64,000 bases of DNA from Blastocladiella emersonii ATCC 22665 (Eukaryota > Fungi > Blastocladiomycota): positions 1,550,001-1,614,000 of the forward strand of contig JANHCV010000006.1 of NCBI GenBank assembly GCA_025594325.1, read 5' to 3'. Every line of letters starts with the position of its first letter. Positions within the stretch are counted from its first letter, which is position 1. Positions 47,614-59,000 of the stretch are shown in pieces. The position numbers and the translations under genes were made by a program. Under the pieces are notes generated by a model that worked only from the letters and a program-made list of their open reading frames with translations, was not told where the DNA came from and ran no database searches.

Positions 47614-50266
47614 ATGACCGGATTCCCGTTCGGAAGGAGGTCTCCGCAGGACCAGCGGGTCTATCCCGGTGCAAATGGTGACGACGGGACCGCGAGCGCC
47701 GGGGACATGCAGCAACAGTCCGCGCCGATCGGCCGCGGGAACGTGCTGCCGCCACTACGGCAATCGAGTGCGTCGACGACCGCGACCGACGAGCAGCAGG
47801 TGCGACCGAGCGACCAGCACACGGTCATCCAGGTGATCCGCGCGTCGCCCAACTCGAGCGCCATCGTCCACGCTTCCAACTCGCAGGAGAGCAGCAGCCA
47901 TTCCTTTTCGGTCGCCATGGGACCAGCGACTACAGGCGCTGACCCGTACCGGTCGCGCTCGGTCTCGCCGTCGCCGCGCGCGAGCATACACAACGGTATC
48001 ACGCCCGCCCGATCCGCGCAGCTGCGCGGCCCGCCGGCCCTCTCGATGCCGCTTGTGTCGGTCAACGACGGCGAGGAGCACGTCGACACGCCCGTCACCG
48101 ACAAGAGCCCGAGGGCGCTGCTCCCGCACACGGCGTCGACGCGCAAGGCGACCATCATGTCCAACGATTCGTCGGTCTCGGGTGACCGGCGATCGCAGGG
48201 CAAGGGCGGCAGTCTGTTCACCTCGTTCCTCAACTTCAGCGGCATCCGGCGCAGCCGCCAGGTCAGCGCGCAGTCGTCGGTCGCGGGCATGTACTCAGCG
48301 CAGACGTCGGGACTCCTGCGCATGCCCAAGGTGCAGCAGAACGCGCTCATGGCGGGCGGCGTGGGCGGCGCCACGGCGAGCCAGTGGAGCCTCGGGTCCG
48401 TCCAGCACGTCAGCAAGCTCCCGCTGTGGCCACCGATCCCCCCGTCGCTCATGAGATACGGCGTCGTGCGCATGCGCATCCATCGCACCATGACGCACCC
48501 GACCGGGTCCAAGGTCTCGCTCGTGTTCAACTGGATCTACCTCGCCATCGTCGTCGTGTCGTTGGTCCTCATGATCGCCGGTACGCGCCTCGTGTCGCTC
48601 GTGGCACGCTTGTCGTAGCTGACTCGCGCCTCGCCTCCGCGTAGAGTCGTTCACGGTCGTCATCAGCAACAAGGAGTACACGGAGATCCTCTTCTCGCTC
48701 GAGATCATCACCAACGTCTTCTTCACGGTCGAGTACGTGAGCCGGCTCGCGACGTGGCCGACCGACGAGCTCGAGCGCTTCTTCAAGTCGATCATCAACT
48801 GGACCGACGCCATCGCCGTGGTCCCGTTCTGGCTCAACCTGCTGTCGTCGAAGCGGGACCCGTCGCTCGGGTACTACGGATTCTGGCGCGTCGTGCAGCT
48901 GTTCCGCGTGTTCCGCCTGTTCAAGGTCATCCGCATGTCGACGCAGCTGCGGCTCGCGTACCGCGCCTTCAAGAAGTCGCGCGACGGGATCCTCATGCTC
49001 ATCTTCATCTTCTCGCTCGCCCTCACCTTCTTCTCGACCCTCGTCTACTACGCCGAGATCCAGACGTGTGAGGTCAACGCCAACGGGCAGCTCGTCTACA
49101 ACTGGCCCGACGAGCTGGTCGGCACACGCTGCGCGTTCCAGTCGATTGTCGACGCCATGTGGTGGGTACGTGGCCCACTCTCGCGCTTCACTCGTTTCTC
49201 CCAGGCCGGTCGTGCTGACATTTCGCCCGCGACATGCAGTGCATCGTCACAATCACGTACGAAAATTTTCATTGATGACCACCGCCCGTCGCCCGCGCTG
49301 ACGCCTTCGCGTCCCGTAGCACGACTGGTTACGGCGACATCGTGCCAAAATCCGTGTACGGCAAGCTCGTCGGTGCGGGGACCATGCTCGCGGCCGTCAT
49401 GATGTTCTCGTTCCCGATCACCATCTTCAGCCAGTCGCTCGCCGAGGTCTACCGCGTACGTGGTTCACTTGTTGCTCCGCGACTCCACAACATCTCACAC
49501 GTCGCGTCGACTGTAGGAACACCGCCAGCACAAGGCGACCATGGAGGCCGTCGCGCAGCGGCTCAAGGAGAAGCGCGAAAAGGAGATTGCCGAGATCGCG
49601 CGGCAACGCGCGCTTGCGAACGGCGACGCCGCGGGCCTGAAAGCGGCAAGCCAGTCCTCGCTCAACCTCAACGGCAGCGTGCGGGACCTGACGCAGTCGG
49701 TGCGCGCCATCAGCGCTGCGGGCAACAGCGACGACGGCGCCGGTGTGCACCCTGACGACGCAGCCCACCTGCACGAGACGCAGATCATCCTCGAGCAGTG
49801 CTTCGACCGGTGTACGCGCGAGCTCGAGAACGTGCGCAACGCCGTCGAGGACCTGACGGCGCTGCTCAGCGAACTGCGCACCGTCAGCTCGCGCCAGGTG
49901 TCCACGGCCAAGGCGCACCACGACCACGCCGCCGGCCGGATCCGCGGGCTGCAATCGCAGGTCGAGCAGCTCCAGGCCAACGCCGTCGTCAACAGCAGCG
50001 GCGGAGCAGGTGGCGGCGGCGGGCCGCGGCGCGACCGCGAAGGATCGGTCATGCTGTCGTCCAGGGCGGGCAGCGTCAACCTCATGGCGACTATCTCGGC
50101 GTCCATGCGTCGGCGATCGTCAACCGTGTCCATGGAGTCGAACCGGTCCGGGTACTTTGCCGCGGGGCACGCCAGCGCGACAGGGCTCGAAGGCCTCGCC
50201 GTTCTGCAGCCACTGGCAGGAACGAGTCCGCGGTCTCAGGGGTTGCAGCCGCCAACGGGTCCATGA
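47614..50266 (+). CDS. Voltage-gated potassium channel (Kv-like, 6TM), 5 exons: 47614-48580, 48645-49165, 49240-49256, 49320-49455, 49517-50266; ~796 aa
   Basis: S2 FFTVEYVSR, S3 NWTDAIAVVPF, S4 RVVQLFRVFRLFKVIR, pore WWCIVTITTTGYGD, S6 FSFPITIF and a C-terminal coiled coil; 2391 nt in frame. Confidence 0.9.
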
Positions 50267-50395
50267 CGAAATATAGAGTCTATCGCTATTTTGATGAACG
50301 GCTTATATTATTCAACGACAAAGGACGAGATCGAGTGCAAGCGCCACATACGCGTGAGTGGCGCAACGCGTCGTGGTGGCGCGGACGCGCCGCGT

Positions 50396-51082
50396 TTAAT
50401 ACTTAAAGCGAAGGTCGCGAGTGCCGTTGGCCTTCAGATGGTACTCGCGCGTGTAGCGCATATCGTAACCACTGTCAGCGCGCCGCGGGCGGCCAAACCC
50501 ACCGTGCGAACGGCCGCCACTACCGCCGCCCCAGCCGCCGCCGTATCCATCGCTCATGTAGACAAACTGCGGGGCGTAGCCATACGCGAAGAAGCCAAAC
50601 GGCTGTGCGGGCGGCGATTCGGGGCGCGCGAAGAACTCGTAGCCCCACGTGTCCGAGCTCTGCTGATGCTGCTGCTTCGGCGGCTCGGGCTGAGGAGCTG
50701 GTTGCGGCTGCGGCTGCGGCTCAGGGGCAGGCGGAGTGTACGACGAGTTCGAGCTGTAGGAATTGTGCGGCGAGTTGAAGCCGCTCGAGTTGCTGTACGA
50801 GCTCGAAGTACTCGAGCTGTAACCGGGCTGCTCGCGGGGAGGTGACGGCGGCGGGGCCGGTGCTTGGGGACGAAAGAATTCGTTGTCGTAGATTCGACGC
50901 CTTTCGGGATCATTGAGCACCTCGTATGCCGTCGTGATGGCCCAGAAGCGCTCCTTGGCGCCGGGTGCCATGTTGCGGTCTGGATGGCAAGTGAGCGCCA
51001 GCTTGCGGTACACGCTGCCGAGCTCCTCCTGTTTGACGTAGCGTGAGACGCCAAGAACTTCGTAATAGTTTGTGCGGGTCAT
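50396..51082 (-). CDS. J-domain (DnaJ class C) protein, single exon, 228 aa
   Basis: NYYEVLGVS...YRKLALTCHPDRN...AYEVLNDPERRRIYD with intact HPD, then a P/S/Q/G-rich tail; TATAAAA-like element upstream near 51135. Confidence 0.8.
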   Translation of the reverse strand: MTRTNYYEVLGVSRYVKQEELGSVYRKLALTCHPDRNMAPGAKERFWAITTAYEVLNDPERRRIYDNEFFRPQAPAPPPSPPREQPGYSSSTSSSYSNSSGFNSPHNSYSSNSSYTPPAPEPQPQPQPAPQPEPPKQQHQQSSDTWGYEFFARPESPPAQPFGFFAYGYAPQFVYMSDGYGGGWGGGSGGRSHGGFGRPRRADSGYDMRYTREYHLKANGTRDLRFKY

Positions 51083-51301
51083 TGAATGATGGGTAAGATG
51101 ATGGCCAAGCTCGCGCAGGGAAGGCAGGCTGCCTTTTATACGTCGGCCGCGATGCCCGCCGATCCTCATTTCTAGCGGACAAACGTTTGACAAAACACAA
51201 AAAGGACATAATTCATTTCGGTTTTCCAATTTTTACAACGTTCGGCCCCTGGGACATTCGTGTGACAAACCTTTTCCCTTTGGGGAACTTGGCTTGGCGC
51301 G

Positions 51302-53320
51302 TCAAAGCCCCCATCCCTCCTCGTCGCCAACCAGCTCGACGTTGGGCCCTGTTGCCGTTTGCGAATCGCAGGCCCACCCTCGGACGCGCTCAATCGCACG
51401 GACCACGGCGCGGGACTCGCGATCAAAGCCGTCCGCGATGTGGCCAGCGACACGGGACGGCCGGAACAGGAAGTTAAGCTTGAGCAGCCTGGCCCAGCCC
51501 GAAGTCAGCGGGATCGGGAAGTGCAGCGTCCACGGCTCGTTGGTGAGAGGTCCGACAACAACGCGCTTGCCGACGTTCAAGTCCGTGAGATTCGGCGACT
51601 GTGCAAGCAAGCTGAGAGTGGCAGGGCTGATGGCCGCGAGCGGCACGTTCTTGCGCACAGTCTTGACACGAATTTCGAGGCTAAGGCTCGTGAGCACCGG
51701 GAACACGCGGGGAAGCTCAAAGTTCCACGGAAACGCAGGGTGCGTGTCGGGTTCTTTGACGATGTGGAGACGTTTGAGTGCACCGACGCGTACAAGCAGA
51801 TCGGCATAGCTGAACCGCTTGACGTTGACGGAGAGTGAAGTAAGCTGATCAAGCACTAGAGCTTGAGCGTTCAAGAAAACATCGGGAACGCGGCTGAGGT
51901 CCACCTCGCGGAGGCGAGGCAGGTAGGCGGGCAACCCTACCGGAATGAACGGCCGGTTTCCCGCAAAGTATTCGGCCTGGTTACCGGTGTGAACGACCGA
52001 AGGCCACGTTACGATAGGCTGATTGTCTAAGTTGGTAGACGTTCCACAATCATCGACGGTAAGCTTGACCAAGCTGGGAAGCCTGAAAGCCAGGCGCAGC
52101 GCCATGACACTGTCGGATGACACGGTGATTTCTTCGAGTGAAGAAAGTGTGCGCAGGCTCGTACAGTCGTCAGCGGTAATAGCGCGCATCGTAGCCTCGT
52201 TTGCTAGAGTCAAGTTGAGCTGGCGCATACGGAAGAAGCCTGTAAGTTGACCAATCGGGAGATCAATGGAGCTGTCGACCGAGGCAACAGACGACTCGAG
52301 CCGTGGAAATCGAACACCGTCAAGGGCGACATGCAGTTCGCCGCCCTTGAGCGACCGCAAGTTACACGTCGCGTCCGGTTGCATGTGCGCGAGAAACACG
52401 TGTGCCGAATTCATTTTGAGATCGAGGGACAAGAGCTGCGGCGGAAGAGAGCGCGGTAGCCGCTCGAGCTGTTCGTCTGTAATTCCACGCGCGATGCCAT
52501 CGAGTGGGTGCGAGGAAAAAGTGCCTTGAGTCGAGCTGCGAGCGTCATCGAGGTGCAGTGTGAGCATTGCGAGCGTGGGATAGTTGGTAAGCAGCGAGCC
52601 AAGCACGGGGAGAGCAATATCCGAGACCTCGATTGAGAGCGACTTGACCGCGGGAAGGAGTGGGAGCTGGCGCGCGATACACGGCGAGGATTGCGGAGCC
52701 GAGGCTTGCGAGCGATGGTTGGGATAGCAACAGTACTCCTCGATCAGCTTGACGTCGGTGGCGCGCGGAAGCGTGAGGCCATCCAGTGCGCTCGCGTCGC
52801 TGGCACACAGGAGGTCCAGCTTGAGGTACGTGATTCGTTCGGCAACGAGATCGAGGATCGTCCGCAAAGTTTCTCGCGAGTCATAATTCGAGAGCTCGAG
52901 GCGCTGGAGGCCCGTCGCGTAGCTGAGAAGCTGGCAAACGGCAGGCAGCGCGTGCATACGGCGAACGCTGTGGCCGTGGTCGGAACGAAACAGCTGAAGC
53001 TTGCGAATGTAGGCCGCGTTCACGGCAAGACGACTGGTCGAGTTGACGTAGAGTCCGGTCAGCGCCACCGTGAAGTGACTCGAAACGAGTCCGTTACCGT
53101 CATCCGAAGCGTTGCATTTGGTGAGGCGGATCGAGTGTGCAAGCTCGCGCCCGGCAATCCCAAAGAGCGACCGGTTCGCGCGCCCGAACGCGACGAGGGA
53201 GGCGTAGTCGGGGTCCCACGCCGCCTTCGCCCCGCTTGCGACAACGCGCCGGGCAATGATGCGCAGAACGTCATCCGGCAGAGTGCATAAAGTCAGAGGT
53301 GTTTCATTAGCTTCGTTCAT
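51302..53320 (-). CDS. F-box/LRR-like family member, intact, 672 aa
   Basis: LTLCTLPDDVLRIIA...SLVAFGRANRSL F-box-like start, LRR-like body and family C-terminus PWTLHFP...RPSRVAGH...ELVGDEEGWGL. Confidence 0.75.
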   Translation of the reverse strand: MNEANETPLTLCTLPDDVLRIIARRVVASGAKAAWDPDYASLVAFGRANRSLFGIAGRELAHSIRLTKCNASDDGNGLVSSHFTVALTGLYVNSTSRLAVNAAYIRKLQLFRSDHGHSVRRMHALPAVCQLLSYATGLQRLELSNYDSRETLRTILDLVAERITYLKLDLLCASDASALDGLTLPRATDVKLIEEYCCYPNHRSQASAPQSSPCIARQLPLLPAVKSLSIEVSDIALPVLGSLLTNYPTLAMLTLHLDDARSSTQGTFSSHPLDGIARGITDEQLERLPRSLPPQLLSLDLKMNSAHVFLAHMQPDATCNLRSLKGGELHVALDGVRFPRLESSVASVDSSIDLPIGQLTGFFRMRQLNLTLANEATMRAITADDCTSLRTLSSLEEITVSSDSVMALRLAFRLPSLVKLTVDDCGTSTNLDNQPIVTWPSVVHTGNQAEYFAGNRPFIPVGLPAYLPRLREVDLSRVPDVFLNAQALVLDQLTSLSVNVKRFSYADLLVRVGALKRLHIVKEPDTHPAFPWNFELPRVFPVLTSLSLEIRVKTVRKNVPLAAISPATLSLLAQSPNLTDLNVGKRVVVGPLTNEPWTLHFPIPLTSGWARLLKLNFLFRPSRVAGHIADGFDRESRAVVRAIERVRGWACDSQTATGPNVELVGDEEGWGL

Positions 53321-53542
53321 GATTGCGGTGGTTGTGAACGGGAGCTGGTGCGAACGCTCTCAGCAGGGGTTCTGCTCTCAGAAAGCGCGGAACCGAGTCG
53401 ACCGCGCACCCGATGCACGTGACACTGACCTCACGTGCGGGTAAGCGGCGCGTGGCCGAAGCGAAACCTAGCGGTGTGTCTGAGCAGCGTCGTTGACTGT
53501 GAAGAGTAAACAAAACCAATGTAATGACAGACTGCTTCATGA

Positions 53543-55651
53543 CTACACCAAATCCCAGCCCTCGTCTTCGCCCACGACCTCGATCTCTGGAACCGCACCT
53601 GCCGCAGGATCGCAAGCCCACGTGCGGATCTGCTCCACACCGCGGATCACGGAGGCAGCTTCGCGGTGCGTGCTGGAAGCGAGATGCCCAACGACGCGCG
53701 AGGGTCGGACCGTGAAGGCGAGTTGTGTGAGAGCGAGCCAGCACTTGGGAAGCGGCAGCGGGAAGTGCAGCGTCCAGGGTGCTGCCACTGACTGATTCGG
53801 GGTAAGCGGACCGACTTTGATGGATCCGATCACGGAAATCTTGGACAGCTTGGGCGAACAGGCAAGGCTGCGGAGCGAGACTGGAGCAAGCGCGGCCGCA
53901 TGCTCGTTTTCGTGTGTTATGATGGCTGCGATAGTAAGGGAGAATGATTTGAGTCGAGGAAGTGCGCGTGGGAGCACAATTTCCCAAGGCTTCACGCAGC
54001 CGCACTGCAGCGGGCTGATGGACGGGTCGGGGCAAGTGAAATGTCTCATGGACACAACGTGATCAAGCTGGAGCTCCACGAGGGAGCTGCAATCCGCAGG
54101 TACTGCGAGGCGGTCATCCGGGAGCGGGCGCAAGCGAAGCGTTTTTAGCCGAGCGAGGACGTGAGCGGGGCCATCAATGACAAGCGAGTGTTGCCAGATG
54201 TCGACGTCCCGGAGTCGCATCGAGTAACCAGGAAGAGTGAGGCATGGGCGGTCGCCAAAGACTCGCGCGACATCGTCGCTCAACCAAACTGGCCAAGTTA
54301 CAAGAGGCGCCACCGTTTCGCCAAAGGGACCTACGATGTCCCCGCGAACGTAAAGCTTTCGAAGACCTGGCATGAAAAAGATGCGAAGGATCGCAGCCGC
54401 AATTTCCGGGGGAACAGTAAGCGTGGTCATGCACCCCAAAGTACGCCCCGGCGAGGGCAGGTTCGCGTGCGAGGGCGATACGAGTGAGGCTGCATCTGCA
54501 AGGGCGCGACTGGTGGCCATGCAAGGCTTGTTGAGACTTAGCTCTGTCAGGGCGTGCAACCTAGAAAGCTCGAAAATTGATGTGATCCTTTTCGCTTGAG
54601 GTGAAGCAGCGACGGTAAGCTGCTCAAGACGCGGGAACCGTTGAGTGTTGAGCGCGACATGGAGCTCGCATCCGCCGAGTGAGCGGATTTGACAATCCGG
54701 GTTTGGGGCCAGGTGCTCAAAGATGGAGCTAGCCGAGTCCATATTGAGCGAGACCGACGTGAGCTGCGGGGAAAGAGTACGTGGCAAGATACTGAAATGC
54801 TCGGCCGTGATTCGAGTAGCGATACCGTCACGCGAAGATGTCTGAGAACTCACTGAGCTGGGCCCAGCAGTAAGAAAAAGCTTCACAAGGGTGGGATAAG
54901 CAGTTAGGAGCGTCCGCATCGTTGTGGCATCCAGGTCGGTCACCCGCAGTGAAAGAATCTGAACAGCAGGGAGTTGAAGCGATAGTTCTCGTACAACGCA
55001 CAAGCTGCGGAAGTGGCGCTGCCGGTGCTCGGAGAGCAAGCAAAAGTCACCCTTGATCGTAAATGTAGTTGCGCGCGCAAAGTTTAGGTCGCCCAGCGCC
55101 GCCAACTCGGTTGCGCATCGCAAAGTCACCCTGACCGACGAGACGCGGTCTGCAACTAAGCCAAGCAGCGTGCGAACAGTTGCCGGGGAATCACAGTTTT
55201 GCAGCATGATACGTTCCAAGCCCGTTGCGCGGCGCAAGAGGGAGAAAAGCGCAGGGACTGCAGGAACCTGAGCAGACCGGTTGCTTGATGTGCTCGATGA
55301 CACGAAAAACCAGATTGTCTGCACGAGGGCGGCGTTGGCGGGAAAACCTGGAAAACCGGGCACGCCGCGATCGCCCTCGTTGAGATACAGGCCCCTGCGC
55401 GTGAGCAGGAAGTTGTTTGAGCGAAGCCCGCCGTCTTCGGTCAGGACGCAGTCCTCGAATTGAACAAACTTGGTAAGTTCCACCATGGCGAGATCAAAGA
55501 GCTCACGGTTCACGCGGGCCAAGGCAATGAGCGACGTAAGGTCCTTGGTCAGAGAAACTTTGTCAGCCCTCGCCCAGCCGGTGCGGCGGATAATCATTCG
55601 CAAGAGTTCCCTCGGAAGATTGCATAAAGTGAGCGTCGGCGTTCGATCCAT
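53543..55651 (-). CDS. F-box/LRR-like family member, intact, 702 aa
   Basis: LTLCNLPRELLRMII...SLIALARVNRELFDLA; same C-terminal motif ending EVVGEDEGWDLV. Confidence 0.75.
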   Translation of the reverse strand: MDRTPTLTLCNLPRELLRMIIRRTGWARADKVSLTKDLTSLIALARVNRELFDLAMVELTKFVQFEDCVLTEDGGLRSNNFLLTRRGLYLNEGDRGVPGFPGFPANAALVQTIWFFVSSSTSSNRSAQVPAVPALFSLLRRATGLERIMLQNCDSPATVRTLLGLVADRVSSVRVTLRCATELAALGDLNFARATTFTIKGDFCLLSEHRQRHFRSLCVVRELSLQLPAVQILSLRVTDLDATTMRTLLTAYPTLVKLFLTAGPSSVSSQTSSRDGIATRITAEHFSILPRTLSPQLTSVSLNMDSASSIFEHLAPNPDCQIRSLGGCELHVALNTQRFPRLEQLTVAASPQAKRITSIFELSRLHALTELSLNKPCMATSRALADAASLVSPSHANLPSPGRTLGCMTTLTVPPEIAAAILRIFFMPGLRKLYVRGDIVGPFGETVAPLVTWPVWLSDDVARVFGDRPCLTLPGYSMRLRDVDIWQHSLVIDGPAHVLARLKTLRLRPLPDDRLAVPADCSSLVELQLDHVVSMRHFTCPDPSISPLQCGCVKPWEIVLPRALPRLKSFSLTIAAIITHENEHAAALAPVSLRSLACSPKLSKISVIGSIKVGPLTPNQSVAAPWTLHFPLPLPKCWLALTQLAFTVRPSRVVGHLASSTHREAASVIRGVEQIRTWACDPAAGAVPEIEVVGEDEGWDLV

Positions 55652-55869
55652 TTGTGTGACATGAGCGGGGTTCAGGGGAGGCTCAACAGGATGTGTGGCG
55701 CCGCGATTCGTTCAGCCCGCTTCAAGTCCGCAGGTCGTCCTCACATGATCGATCATGTGATTGTCTCACGCGCGGAGACACTGACGCGTCGCGTGGTCGA
55801 TGTCGATCGGACCACACGTTCGCCGAATTTTACTTGAACCACCTAGACGCTTCGCGTCTGGTCTTCAAT

Positions 55870-55887
55870 GGAGGGCTAAAGCCCTCC
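55870..55887. repeat. Hairpin / putative 3' subterminal inverted repeat of the Helitron
   Basis: GGAGGGCT-AA-AGCCCTCC, a perfect 8-bp stem. Confidence 0.75.
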
Positions 55888-56034
55888 GCCACGTTGGAGC
55901 ACGGCACACGCGGGAGGTTTTGTACCGCTGACAGTCGCGCGTCATTATGGAGTCGCATCTCTGTTCCCATCACACACCAAAAAAAATTGAAAGCAGCTAA
56001 GTATACTTTATAACACTACAAATGAAATCTTACA

Positions 56035-59000
56035 CTATATATCGCGAAGCCTGTTGCTCCGCCGCTGCTCATGCAATTCTGGAGCGCGCTTCTGCTCGTG
56101 GGTACGCTTGCGATCCCGCCTTGAGTACTCTTGGTCTCGCGCCTTCTGCTTCGCCTCCTTGTCGCTCTTGATCTGGCGGTACTCTTGCATCGCGTGGCAA
56201 AAGAGCTCCGCGACTCGGGGGTGGTTTTGCGCAACGGTTTGTCCGTGAGCGAACGCGCCCTTGGTCAACACGTCTAGCGCCTGGAGCCGCAGGTCTTCGG
56301 CCACGGCCCGCGGATCAGGGACCATGGCGTCGTACACGCTGTCCGGGATCGGATGGAGAACCCACAGGAGCGCGCTCTGGCGGAGCCGCGAGAGCGCAAC
56401 GTACAGCGACGACCCGTTGATCGATCCAGACGAGCCAGCTGGGCACGGATCCGTCAAGATGATGGCGTTCTTGGTCACGCCTTGGACCCCGTGCACCGTC
56501 ATCGCAAAGGCGGGCACGATTGAGAACTGCTTGACCTTGACCTTTTCGTGGTCCTTGTACTGCTCGTGAGTATTGAAGTTCTTGACCATCTTGGCGCACA
56601 GTGCGCTGGACTCGGGTTTCTTGAGTTCGGTTCGCTCGCGCGACGTCATACCGAAAGTCGTCCGAGTGCATGGCGAGCGGGATGACCGTGTCTGGCCAAT
56701 CGGCCGGCATGCCAGGAAACCGAGGGCCAGGCGGCGCGTCGGGCAGGTCGATCCACACGGTATGCGGCTCCCGCGATAGGCAGTACATGCGCGAGCCGGT
56801 CTCGGTAAACGTCGTGCCCGGAAACCAGTCGATGAGGTGCGCGACGCCGATAGCGCCATTCGCGCACCCCTTCTCGACGCACTGGTTGACCTTGACGCGC
56901 ACTTCCATACCGACAAAGACCTCGAGGATGGTTGGCAAACGAGCGATCGAGTCGGGCTCCTCGGCGAGACGGAACAGGTACCTTTCGCCAATCGGGAGGC
57001 GGACGGTTGCGCCGTTTCTCTCCTTCTTGCGCGTGATGCTGGCCTTGATCTGAAACACGACGCGTTCTGGGTCCGCAGCGGCGAGCCGCGTGTACAGCAG
57101 GTTGAAGGTGTGACGCGTGTAGTTGTCGGGCGCAATGACTGTGAGCCCGCGCGTCTGGAGGATCTTCTTGAGCGCGTTGTTGCCCTGGTCGTCGCTCAGC
57201 TGGCGCAGGCGAGCGGTCGTGCGCGAGTCAAGCAGGCGGCGCAGCTCGTCGGGGGCCTTGTCGAGGCGGAACGCGTCGAGACACCTGCCCCATGATGGGT
57301 CGTTGACGAACTGGTTGCTGCGCACGAGTCGAACGACACGTCGGGCGCGCCAGTACGCGAGCTGGCCCGAGTGCTTGTTTTTTTCGCGCCCGTGGTGTCG
57401 TACGCGAGTAGCCGCTTGAAGAACGAGTCTGGTGCATCGTCGAGCACCTCGGGTAGCTGGAACAGCGCCGTGCCGTTCACTGGTGGAAGCTGCAAATGGT
57501 CGCCGGCGAGCATGACGATGCAGCCGCCAAACGGCTCGTCGCACCGACGCAGGTCGCACATGGAGAACTCGTCGATGATCACGGCGTGACGTCCTTGCCA
57601 CGCGCTGGCGACAGCAGAGTCGGTGCGGATGCGCTTGATGTCGGGGCTGAGACTCTCCCCCTTGAGCGAGAGCTGGAACGCGGCGTGGATGGTGGTACCG
57701 CCAATGTTGGCGGCCGCGATGCCCGTCATGGCCATGACCATCATACACTTTTCGCGGTTCCAGGACGCGAGAAAGTACCGGATCGCGTCAATGACGCGCG
57801 ACTTGCTTGTGCCGCCCGAGCCGGTGAGAATGATTGGCGAGCGATCCTTGATCATGGGCGGAAGCGAGGCGAGAGCTGGTGCGTTTGGCCGGTCGCGGCC
57901 CAACGCAAGCGCGCCTGGATCCGATGACGTGGCGGCCTCGGCGATACCGCTGTCGCCGCCAATTAACGTGGCGATGAGCGGCATGAGGAAGAGCACGAAC
58001 GCGAGGTGCTGCTCCTTGTTCAGGTTGAACTTGAGCGAAACCTGCGCGAGGCTCGCGTACGCAGGCGTGTGCTTGGTGCGCTGCTTCGCCTCCGTCCACT
58101 CCTTGCCGCGAGTCGCGTGGTCAAAGTTGTTGAGCGAGTCCGCAGCCTTCATGACAAGGAACCGCTTGCGCTTCGCTGCAGATTCCGTTGATCTCGCGGC
58201 GAAGGTACCACGCCAAACGTCGGCGGCGGTTACTTCTGGAGCTTCTGGACCGTTCTCAACGACGTTTTTAGGATCGACGCCAATCTGCGACTCGGCAGCA
58301 GCGTCTGACGTGGTTGACGCGCCAATGAGCGGCGACTGCCCGCCTTTCGGAGCGACAGGAGCGGTTCCAGCAGCGGCCGGCGCTGCAGATGCGGCGCTGC
58401 GGTGCTGCGCCAGGAATGCTTTCAGCGTGTTCGCCGAGATGGGCTCCTTGAGCGTCGTCGGTGGGACGGCCGCCTTGACGTCGAACGGGCGCACTCGAGG
58501 GAGGCGCAGGTGGTCGACCAGGTCTGCAGCAGCACCAGGGACCAGCGCGTCGATCACCAGCTTGAAGTTCTGCTCGCTAACGGTGGGCGCGACCTCGGCG
58601 CCAGCACCGTCCATGGCGTTGTCGGCAATGACCGGATCGAGGGCAATGTCCTGCTGCGACTGAGTGAACATGGTTCATTCTGCAGTCGGGTCCTCGTTGG
58701 CGCTCGCCTTGGCGCGCGAGCTTGACGCGTTGCGGTCGCCGTCGCGAGATGGAACGAACAGCTCGCCGCGCTCCTCCTGCGACAGCCCGGCCCAGAGCTC
58801 GGCGTTCTCGCGATCGCGGCACTCACGGTACGCGCGCGCACCGTCGAGACTGAAGTAGTACTCCTGGGCGTACTCGAGGTGGTTGAGCGCAGGGTCGCCG
58901 GGTTGGAGGCCCTCCTTGAACGCCTTGAACTTGGCGATCGCCGAGCCGTTCTCGTCGAGAATGTCGCTCGAGACGCGGAAATGGCGGAGCAGCAGCAGCG

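Noticed and set aside
55843-55887. Canonical Helitron1 3' end (hairpin + CTAG, A|T target)
   Set aside because: CTAG is followed by G, not T, the main hairpin is 23 nt away, and it has an inverted partner at the other end. This fits a Helitron2-like structure better, though the ends remain unproven.
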